Shown: piece by piece, positions 55,799 to 64,000 of the stretch | How positions within the stretch are numbered: the stretch's first letter is position 1 | Layout of the letters: the number at the start of each line of letters is the position of its first letter | DNA from: Rebecca billardiae RCC1528 | Taxonomy: Eukaryota > Protista > Haptophyta | DNA: 64,000 nucleotides | Reading direction: 5' to 3' | NCBI GenBank assembly: GCA_965240325.2 | Contig: OZ251240.1 | Location: 1,054,001 to 1,118,000 of the forward strand | Position numbers and translations under genes: made by a program | The notes under the pieces: generated by a model | Seen by the model: the letters and a program-made list of their open reading frames with translations, nothing else | Databases searched by the model: none | Told to the model about the DNA's origin: nothing

Positions 55799-57652
55799 AT
55801 GGACGACGACGCAAGCGCGCACGCGCCCGCGGAGGCCGAGGAGGCGCACGCTGAGCAGGAGTGGCCGCCGACGGCCAGTACGCCCGCTGCCGAGGCCACC
55901 GGCGAGGTGGGTGGCGAGGGCGCCCCGGCCGCGGCGGCCAAGGCGGCGCTGCCGCTCAAGTGGGTGGTCGCCGCGTGCGCGGTGCTCCTCTGCCTCGGCG
56001 TCGTCCTCGGCTCGGTCGGCGCCGCGCTCGCGGGCCACAAGGGCATCAACCAGGGGCCTGCGCAGGGTGGCGTGCGCGTGCAGGCGAGCGCGGGCCACGA
56101 TGACGCCGCGCCGGCGAGCGAGGGCACCCGCGATCTGGCGCCAAGTCCCCTCGACAAGCGGGCGAGTGTCGTGCGCGCCGCGAGCGCGCCGCCAGTCAAG
56201 GCGGCCGCCGGCGAGCTCGCGTATGCTGACAAGGCGTGCTCGGGCACGTACCTGTCCGCCTCGGCGCGCACGCTCGAAGACTGCCTCGCGCTCCTGCCCA
56301 GCGACTGCGCCACGCCGTACGTCACCCACTCCGCGGAGTACGGCTTCTGCTTTGCGTGCACGGCGCGCGGCGTCTCCAAGCGTGTCGCTCAGCCCGGCTA
56401 CTCGATCTACGGCTCGGGCTGCGCCGTGCGGCTGGCCCCGCCGCCGCCGAGCCCGCCGCCCCGCCGCTCGCCCCACCCGCCGAGCCCCTCGCCCCGCCCG
56501 CCGCCCAGCCCGTCGCCGCGCCCGCCGCCGCCCAGCCCGTCGCCGCCGCCAGAGTTTGTCCCGCGCACCGCGTATGAGCTGGTCTACTCGGGGCACATGT
56601 GCGGACGAAACCGGAACATCGTGAGCGCGACGGCGCGGAGCCCGGACGAGTGCCAGGACGCGGTCGTGCGCTCGCTGAATGACGACGACGCGCGCCTCGC
56701 CTACGCCTACTTCGCCTTCTCGCCCACCGAGCGCCTCTGTCTCGCGTGTGACGAGCATGCCGTGCGCTCGCGCCGCGCGGTGACTGACTTTGACATCTTC
56801 CGCGGCACCTTCGTCTCGCCGCCGAGCCCGCCGTCGCCGCCGCCGAACTGGGCGCCGCGCCCGCCGCCCTCGCCGTCGCCGAGCCCGCCGCCCCCCTCGC
56901 CGAGCCCGCCCGCGCCGCGCCCGCCGCCTGTCATCGACGGCGTCGTCGTGCGCGGCGCGCTGTGCGGCGCGGGCGGCCCCAGCTGGGGCATGCATGGCTC
57001 GGCACTGCAGCACCCGCACTTCTGGGGCAAGGCGACGGCTGAGGCGTGCGCCGAGGCGATCGAGCCGGAGAAGTGGCCGTGGTTCTCGTGGAGCTCGACC
57101 ACGCACATGTGCTTCGGCTGCGACGCCCCGCCGCGCGGCAGCGGCCGCTCCGACGTGCACGCAGACGCTCGCTACGACGTGTACCGCACCGGAACTTTCC
57201 GGAAAGGTCCGTCGACGCACCACCACGGCGGCAGCCTCGAGGTGGGCGGCGGCGACCCGCTCGCGGCGTTCAAGCGAGGCGAGGAGCTCGCGAAGAACCC
57301 ATTCATCCTGCACATGCACCCCGAGCGCAACACGCACGACACGGGAGGCACTGGCCTGCACGGACTGTTTGGCTTTGGCCTGCGCGCCGAGCGGCCCGCG
57401 GCCGGCGCTGAGGCGGCGGCGGCGACACGCGGGGTGCGCGCGCTGGCGCGAGCAACGCCGGTGGTCGCGGTGGGGGCGCTGATGGCGCTGTTCGGCTTGG
57501 CGCTGGTCGGCTGGCGGTACAGGCGCCACGCGGCTCGTGCGCGCCGACGCGCCGTGCCTTCCCCGCGGCCGAGAGGAAGGGCAGGGGCAGCAGCGCACAA
57601 CGGCGGCGTGCCGGGCGAGCATCACGCAGGGGCCGCGGGGCTGTTGCTGTGA
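55799..57652 (+). CDS. Two-TM surface protein with three Cys-rich (PAN/apple-like) modules separated by SP-rich linkers
   Basis: N-terminal TM (WVVAACAVLLCLGVVLGSV); modules C..C..F/Y..CxxC..(D/S)(I/V)(Y/F); C-terminal TM followed by a basic stop-transfer segment. Confidence 0.85.
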   Translation: MDDDASAHAPAEAEEAHAEQEWPPTASTPAAEATGEVGGEGAPAAAAKAALPLKWVVAACAVLLCLGVVLGSVGAALAGHKGINQGPAQGGVRVQASAGHDDAAPASEGTRDLAPSPLDKRASVVRAASAPPVKAAAGELAYADKACSGTYLSASARTLEDCLALLPSDCATPYVTHSAEYGFCFACTARGVSKRVAQPGYSIYGSGCAVRLAPPPPSPPPRRSPHPPSPSPRPPPSPSPRPPPPSPSPPPEFVPRTAYELVYSGHMCGRNRNIVSATARSPDECQDAVVRSLNDDDARLAYAYFAFSPTERLCLACDEHAVRSRRAVTDFDIFRGTFVSPPSPPSPPPNWAPRPPPSPSPSPPPPSPSPPAPRPPPVIDGVVVRGALCGAGGPSWGMHGSALQHPHFWGKATAEACAEAIEPEKWPWFSWSSTTHMCFGCDAPPRGSGRSDVHADARYDVYRTGTFRKGPSTHHHGGSLEVGGGDPLAAFKRGEELAKNPFILHMHPERNTHDTGGTGLHGLFGFGLRAERPAAGAEAAAATRGVRALARATPVVAVGALMALFGLALVGWRYRRHAARARRRAVPSPRPRGRAGAAAHNGGVPGEHHAGAAGLLL

Positions 57653-58573
57653 CGCGCAGCCAACTCCCCACAGAGTCGAGCGCGGCCGTCACGCCCCCCG
57701 ACCGACGGAGTCATGGGCATCGACCGGCGGGTGAATCGTTCGACCACGACCTGTGTTGGACCGGCCATCGTGATCGTACTGAGCTCCGAGCGCGAGGTGA
57801 GGGGCTCTCAGCCGGAGGCCGAGGCTGCCGTTGTGATCACCCGCGCCCGCCGCCGCGCCGGCGCCGGCGGCCCGCCGCGGCCGCGGCGGTGGCGTGGCGA
57901 GTGGCGCTTTGCCGCTTTGGCAGACTGATCGGCTCATCGTCGTGCCGGTCCGGACGCTTGGTCCGCGATGGTCAGTGAGTTGAGTCATGGTGTCTACTCC
58001 CGCTACTACGTCTGCGATCACCGCGTCGTCCCGCTGGTAGCGTGTTCCCGCTAGCGACTCAGCACTCAGTCGATCGTTATTATTCAGCAGCAGCAAGATT
58101 CCTGTGCCCTCAGGCCCGTGTCCGTGTCCGTGAGGCTGAGAGTGAGTGGCCTCACGCCCGGCACCGATCGGCAGATCGACCGTCCGTCGAAAGTAGTCAG
58201 TGCCGCCGATCTGTGCGATCCCGAGACAGTGATCCAGCGTGACGAGCTCAGATCGCAAACCAGGCTTCCAGAACAACTGGCTCCGCGCCGGCGACGATAC
58301 ACCAGCGGCATACACCACACGCAGCCTCGATCGCCGACGGGTAGTTAGCCCCGACGGGCAACCTCGCGCCCGCTAGCTATGACGCATCGACGGCCCAGCG
58401 AATCGGCCGAGGGCCACTCCAGTCCACAGACCATCCCGCCAGGCGGTGCCCAGACCTGCACGCGCCTCAAAACGAGAGCAGGGCCCCTCCCTCTGGGCCT
58501 CTGGGAGGTTGCCGTTCCGGGTGATGCTCACGCGCAAACAATGCTCGAGGCCGAGGACCGCTCGTCACCCGTG

Positions 58574-59256
58574 TCATCGTCGCACCGCGCCGTTGTTGCC
58601 AGCGCTGGTAAAGCCACCGCCGCCCAGACCCCCTGGCCGATTGGAGCCGATGATCGTTCCCCATGTCTGCCCTCTGATCTGGTCCTCCGTCAGATTGAGC
58701 AGCTTCGGGTTGGCCCCGCCCACCGACGGCCGCCGCTCGCCCGGCTGCGGGTAGGCCTGTGCGTACCCGGCGCCGCTGCCGCCGCTCGCGCCCGCCAACC
58801 CACCCCCCGAGCCTCTGCGGAACGAGCTCGCCGTGGAGCCGGCGTGGGAGCCAGCGTGGGAGCTGCCAGCCATGGGGCCGCCAGGGAGCATACCAGGTCC
58901 GCCCGGGACACCTGCTGACGGCCTGTCGCGCAAAGAGCACAGGTGCGCACACGCGGGTTGGGGGGATCAGCCGCCGTGCGCAACAGACGATGAGCCGCAC
59001 GCGGCGCCGCGCGGCTCGCGCGCGCTCACCCCGGTCCGACGCGGCTCCCCGATGGCGCGTAGCCTTTCAGCTGGACCGACTGTGTAGTTGTCTGCGCGGT
59101 GTCCACGATCTCTTTGGACCACTGCTTTAGCGTGGTCCGCCCATAGACCGGCTCCTCGTCGCCGCTGTCAGGCGTGTCGTGTAGGCTCGGCATCGTCGGC
59201 AGCTGGTGCTGGTCGGGTGCGAAGGCGGCGATGCCTCGTGGGCCGGTGGCGTCCAT
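58574..59256 (-). CDS. Small Gly/Ser-rich hypothetical protein (~191 aa); exons 59256-59030 and 58922-58574
   Basis: The GTGAGC..GACAG intron 59029-58923 joins two ORF-track fragments in frame (576 nt). Confidence 0.65.
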
Positions 59257-59600
59257 TTCGTCGCGCGCGGCCCGCCTGCCTGCGATCCCTCTGTCGCCAA
59301 GAAACCCCGGGCTTGTGCGGCTGCCCGCCTGCCGCGGCAGCGCACTGGTCCCCTGGGCTCAAGTGCTGCTGGCCAAGCTGCGGCTCACTGGCTACCGCGT
59401 CAATCAACCGATACGCTATGTGGGTATCTAGACGAAACCTCGCGTATTCATCCGTCAAACTGGTGTAACGGTACTACCGTCATGCCCGGATTTTGAACTA
59501 CTGCGTCGCCGTCCGGACCGGTTGGTCCGCTCGTCAGCTGGCCGTTGGTTCAGCGATGCTCGTCGTCAACCTGGTCAAACAGGCTTGCTAGCTGCGAAAG

Positions 59601-61475
59601 ATGGAAGACGAGCACGTGGTGGAGCTCCTGGCCTCTGACGGGAGCGTGCTGCGCAGGTACGCTCTCGATGCTGGCGAGACCACCTTCGGGCGTGAGCCGA
59701 ATTCGGCACGCCATCACATGGTCAACACCCACGCCGTCCGCGCGCTCATCTCGCGCAAGCACTGCGCGTTTGTGCGCGCGGCGCACCCGGACGACGCGGC
59801 GCGCGACATCGTCCACGTGCGCAACATGGGCATGAACGGGACGAGCGTGAACGACCGGCTTATCAGTCAGGGCACAGGTATCGCTCTTCGCGACCGCGAC
59901 CGCATCGCCCTCGGCGCGAAGCACACGGGCGACAAGGCGTGCGTCGTGTGGCTGCGGTACCGCGGGCCATCTGCTCTCGGCACCGTCCGTCAGAACGCGA
60001 ATGCTGCCGACGTCGGCCCGCGCGCCGACGTCCCGACGGGACCTGCGCGCGCACCGGTGCGCATCTCCTCACCGCCAACTGCCGCGATCGGTGCCGCGCC
60101 ACTTGAGGACTGGCAAGCGGAGGCGGCGACGACGCACGGCCCGGCCGCCGTCGGGCTGCCAGGCGCGCTGCCGCCGGCATCGGCTGCGGCCGTGCCGTCG
60201 CCCGCCGAGCTGCAATCTGTCGCGCTACTCGCGCGCACGGGGGCCACGCCACGCGTGCCCAAGCGTGCTCTCGACGCCGACGGGCCCTCCACGGACCGCA
60301 GCGACGGCGACGGCGACGGCGACAGGCGCGACCAGCGCGGCGATCGCAGCTGCGGCGCCGACAGCGACGGCAGCAGCCGCAGCGCGAGCGACGACGGTGG
60401 CGATAGCGGCGGCGAGGGTGCCCACGCCGCGTGGCCGTACCCCGGGTGGGAGCTCAAGGCGCGCAAGCGGCGGCAGCTCGCGCACGCGCCGCTCGCACGC
60501 TCCGGCGCCGCGCGCGGCGCACCCTCGGCCCGCGAGCGCAAAGGCAATCTCGTGGAGACTTTCGGAGGCCCGCCGTTCAGCGTGCTCGACGCCAAGCCCA
60601 AGTGGTGGCGCGAGCGGCACGCGTACTGGACGCGGCCGCTCGCTGAGGGCGGGTACGGCATCGACGGCTCGGACGGGCGCGCGGCCGGGCTCACCTTCGC
60701 CGGCAGCGTCGAGATGAAGGGCCACAACAACACGAGCGTCTTCGACCCCGTGCTGTGCGAGCAGCTCTACCGGTGGTTCGCGCCGGTCGGAGGCCAGGTG
60801 CTCGATCCGTTCGCGGGCGGCGCGACGCGCGGCTGCGTCGCAGCGCGGCTTGGGCTGTCATACTGCGGCATCGAGCTGCGCGCCGAGCAGGTCGAGGCGA
60901 ACCGCGCGCAGGCGCGCGCCATTGGCGAGGCGTGCAAGGCGGAGCGCGTGCCCTGGCTCCGGCCGGTCTGGATCCACGGTGACGCGCGCGACGTCTCGCG
61001 CTTCGCGCACGTGCCCACCACCGTCGACTTCGTCTTCAGCTGCCCGCCGTACTACGACCTGGAGGAGTACGGCGGCGGCGACGCGGACCTGAGCAGCCGC
61101 GCGCGCACGTATGACGAGTTCCTCGCCGCGCTCGAGCAGATCGTGCGCGACTGCCTCCGCCGGCTCAAGGTGCAGCGCTTCGCCGCCTTTGTCGTCGGCG
61201 AGATCCGGGACAAGCTCGGCTTCTGCCGGAACTTTGTGGGCGACACGATCCGGCTGTTTGAGCGGCACGACGGCGTGCGGCTGTACAACCACGCCATCCT
61301 CGCGCCGGCGCTGGGCACGGCGGCGCAGCGCGCGTCGACGGTGTTCGAGAACGGCAAGCTCGTGCCGACGCACCAGCACGTGCTCGTCTTCTACAAGCCT
61401 GAGCCGCGGCCGGGCGACAAACCGTGCCTCAAGGACATGGGCATCAACCCGCGGCGGCCGGTCGAGTGGACTTGA
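59601..61475 (+). CDS. FHA domain fused to a phage-type DNA amino-methyltransferase (N6-adenine/N4-cytosine class)
   Basis: FHA: FGR..ISRKHC..MNGTSVN..LRDRDRIALG. MTase: PPFSVLD, TSVFDPVLCEQLYRWF, VLDPFAGG (SAM-binding, 60804), GIELRAEQVEAN, FSCPPYYDLEEY (catalytic, 61038), FAAFVVGEIRD, KLVPTHQHVLVFYK. Confidence 0.9.
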   Translation: MEDEHVVELLASDGSVLRRYALDAGETTFGREPNSARHHMVNTHAVRALISRKHCAFVRAAHPDDAARDIVHVRNMGMNGTSVNDRLISQGTGIALRDRDRIALGAKHTGDKACVVWLRYRGPSALGTVRQNANAADVGPRADVPTGPARAPVRISSPPTAAIGAAPLEDWQAEAATTHGPAAVGLPGALPPASAAAVPSPAELQSVALLARTGATPRVPKRALDADGPSTDRSDGDGDGDRRDQRGDRSCGADSDGSSRSASDDGGDSGGEGAHAAWPYPGWELKARKRRQLAHAPLARSGAARGAPSARERKGNLVETFGGPPFSVLDAKPKWWRERHAYWTRPLAEGGYGIDGSDGRAAGLTFAGSVEMKGHNNTSVFDPVLCEQLYRWFAPVGGQVLDPFAGGATRGCVAARLGLSYCGIELRAEQVEANRAQARAIGEACKAERVPWLRPVWIHGDARDVSRFAHVPTTVDFVFSCPPYYDLEEYGGGDADLSSRARTYDEFLAALEQIVRDCLRRLKVQRFAAFVVGEIRDKLGFCRNFVGDTIRLFERHDGVRLYNHAILAPALGTAAQRASTVFENGKLVPTHQHVLVFYKPEPRPGDKPCLKDMGINPRRPVEWT

Positions 61476-61930
61476 TCGAGTGTGCTAAAAAGCAGGCGGC
61501 AACCGCCGGTTCGTGACCTGATGAACGACTTTTCGGATGCGCAACGTTCCGAGACCCGACGGTCTGGCGCAGCATCGGAGCATATATATATATGTAGACG
61601 TACAGTACAATGTAGTACGACGACTACTGAGTACTGATGCTGATGCTGAGTATAAGACTGTCGTAACGACTGAGTATAGTATCAGTTGCCCGAGCTGTCC
61701 CCGACCCCGGGCCCGACCCCACTGGCCACTCCCCAATCCCGATCAGGCCGTGCAGTGTCATATCAGCATCAGTCGTCAACAATCAACAAACTACAACTAG
61801 TCAACAATTTCGACGACTTGCTTCCCCGCGTGCCCGAGCACTCGGAGGCACCGAGCAGCCGCACCGCCGCGGCCCGGCCGGTTCCGAGCTTGCACGTCAT
61901 TGTCAATATAAGCGACTACCTCCCCGACTG

Positions 61931-62977
61931 CTACCGCGCACCGTCGCACACCGCGCCGCCAAAGGGCTCGTACCCCATGGGCTCTGCGTGCTCGCGCACG
62001 TGGTGCCAGAAGCGGCAGACAAAGTCGGGGTTTGTTCTCGCGCACAGCGAGTAGGCGCGCTCGCGCGTGACGAACGCGCCGCCGCCGTCGTCGTGCGGCC
62101 GCTTGATGCGCTGCGCGGCCGCGTCGGATAGCCTGAACGCGCACTCCAGCTGCGCCTCCGCCGGCACCATCTTGGGCGGCAGCTGGAGGAAGCCGACCAT
62201 CTGCCTGAGCACGCCAAGCCGGCGCGTGCGCGACGTGAGCGCCTCAAACGTCCACATGCCCAGCCGGCAGTTGACGGCGAGCTCGCGCCCGAGGTTGGGG
62301 TTGCGGAAGGGCGTCGGCGTGTAGCACTGCTTGCGCGAGAAATCGCGGTACCGGTGCATCGTCCGGTTCCACAGCTTGGCGAAGCGGATCCCGTCGCGCG
62401 CGAAGTCGTCCGCGTGGAACTTGCGCCTCGGGATCTGCGCGGTGTGGGAGCCGTATGGCGTGTGCTCGAGGTTGTACTCGGCGAAGAAGGCGTTGTACGG
62501 GTCGCGCACGACGGCGATCGCCGAGGTGACTGCGAGCATCCGCCACACTTTCGTGCGGTTCAACGCGGGCCACGGCCGGATCAGGCGGATGGGGAGCGCG
62601 CTCGAGAACTGAGCGTGATGAACCTTCACGACCACGACGTCGTGATCGACGCGGCCCTCGCCGGCGAAGCCTGCGGCGATGAGCCGCTTGTCCTTCTGGA
62701 CGGAGCCCGTGCGCACGGCTGTCGCGCGCTCGAGCAGCATGCGCACCATCGTGTTCCCGCAGCCGGGCACCGTCCATAGGATCGGCGGCGCGTACCGCTG
62801 CGCGCTGCCATCGCTCCCGATGAACTTGCCGCGATGGCGCAGGAACCGCGCCTGGGGCGAGGAGCAGCCAGCCGCTGCCTCGTCGGCGAGCGCGTCCGCC
62901 TCGGCCGTGCTCTCTGGCGGGGCCGTCGCCGCTGCCAAGGCAAGCAGCGCCACCATGGCAGGCGCGATCGCCGGCAT
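61931..62977 (-). CDS. WSCD-family sulfotransferase-like protein with signal/anchor peptide
   Basis: LWTVPGCGNTMVRMLLERATAVRTGSV..GFAGE..VVVKVH (5'-PSB-like) and AIAVVRDPYNAFFAEYN (3'-PB-like). Confidence 0.82.
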   Translation of the reverse strand: MPAIAPAMVALLALAAATAPPESTAEADALADEAAAGCSSPQARFLRHRGKFIGSDGSAQRYAPPILWTVPGCGNTMVRMLLERATAVRTGSVQKDKRLIAAGFAGEGRVDHDVVVVKVHHAQFSSALPIRLIRPWPALNRTKVWRMLAVTSAIAVVRDPYNAFFAEYNLEHTPYGSHTAQIPRRKFHADDFARDGIRFAKLWNRTMHRYRDFSRKQCYTPTPFRNPNLGRELAVNCRLGMWTFEALTSRTRRLGVLRQMVGFLQLPPKMVPAEAQLECAFRLSDAAAQRIKRPHDDGGGAFVTRERAYSLCARTNPDFVCRFWHHVREHAEPMGYEPFGGAVCDGAR

Positions 62978-63108
62978 GGGTGATCGACTGTCGACGGGCA
63001 AGCCCGGCGGGCGATGGCGGCGCGTGCTCCCGACGGCAACCGGCTACTTCGAGATTCAGATCTCCTGACCGATCTCGACATCATTCTCGTCGCGTTTCGA
63101 ATGCGCGA

Positions 63109-64000
63109 ATGGCCGGCAGCAGCTGCAGAGCGGGTCGGTTCCTCCGACGATGGTGGTGAAGATGCATCCGCCCAGCGCGCGGCCTCGTAGCCGCCCATCG
63201 ACGCCGACGGGCGCGACGCCATCTGCCGCAATGCCGTCCATCGCCAAGTTCGCGCGCCGGCCTTCGGCCGACGGCGCCCTCACGCGCATTGACTCCCTTC
63301 CTCTGAACCCGTCAGATGCCCATCTCCTGGCGAGCGCGCACAGCTGGCGCGATGAGAACGTCGCGCTTCGGCACAAGGTGGCGCAGATGCAGCAGCAGCA
63401 GGCGGAGTACGGTGTCCACGCCGCAAGGACGCGCTCTCGCCAGCCCTACCGCGCCGCGGACGAGAGCACGCGCCTCGCCGGACTGCAGCGCGAGAACGAG
63501 CAGCTGCTGAGACACAACGCAAAGCTGAGCGAGCAGGTGTGCGCATGGGCGCGGTGGGAGAGGGCGGAGGCTTGTCTGGGCGCATGCCTGCACCTTCCCC
63601 CCCGCGCGCTGCAGCCGCTGAGCCCAACCGCGGCGCGGGCCGGCCACGCGTCTGCCGCGCGCGCGCCCCTGGCGCAGCTCGTGCATGCGACGCAGGTGCT
63701 CACGCCCATGACGGGCGCGCTGCCTCGCACGATGCAGAACAGCCTGGGCATCATCTCCGCGGACTGCGCCGCCGCCGAGGCCGAGGTCTCGCGCCTCGCC
63801 GTCGACGTGCAGGCAGCCATGCTGGATTCGGTGCACGCGCTCGAGGGCGCGCACAGGGAGAACGCGCTGCTGCGCACGGCCGTCGATGCGCTCAAGGCGT
63901 CCAGCGAAGGTGTGCGCAACCCTCAGCTCGCGAGCGCGGGGCCAGCGTGCGCATGCGCGACCGCGCGACACCCGACGCGCGACGCTCGGCCCTGCACTGG
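63109..64000 (+). CDS. Partial multi-exon coiled-coil protein (exons ~63109-63133, 63316-63536, 63678-63909; continues beyond the window)
   Basis: CAG-bounded exons read AHLLASAHSWRDENVALRHKVAQMQQQQ..LQRENEQLLRHNAKLSEQ and LVHATQVL..ENALLRTAVDALK, with GTGTGC donors. The first exon is tentative. Confidence 0.65.

Noticed and set aside
57689-58330. Short coding-looking patches (FWKPGLRSELVTLDHCLG..)
   Set aside because: Interrupted by micro-duplication-scarred sequence; no gene model can be supported.

Overview
Very GC-rich, intron-containing eukaryotic nuclear DNA. Short CG-rich GT..CAG introns and the gene content suggest a haptophyte, probably Pavlovales/Diacronema-like (inference). Most six-frame ORFs are shadow frames; I support about 17 real genes, several rebuilt here across introns. 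Main content: (i) a near-identical ~4.1 kb inverted duplication (909-5045 / 15149-19292) of a head-to-head pair (an unknown DCVE-motif protein and a kringle membrane protein), bracketing a 10 kb segment with an NYN/YacP-like RNase, a polycystin-2-like channel, a truncated RLE-type non-LTR retrotransposon and a 3-exon SAM + toxin-like-domain gene; (ii) a ~7,200-aa polycystin-1-like receptor with a ~2,900-residue Ser-Pro3 rod (49-residue superperiod), 17 copies of a ~100-aa repeat, IPT/REJ/GPS modules, 5 TMs and EF-hands; (iii) a MIR-less protein O-mannosyltransferase, a WSCD-like sulfotransferase, EEF2KMT and a TPR-CaaX protein; (iv) an intronless FHA domain fused to a phage-type DNA amino-methyltransferase; (v) inverted-repeat elements and a pervasive TNA/TA micro-duplication signature in intergenic DNA. 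No rRNA, tRNA or CRISPR seen. Family calls come from motif recognition only; no searches were run.
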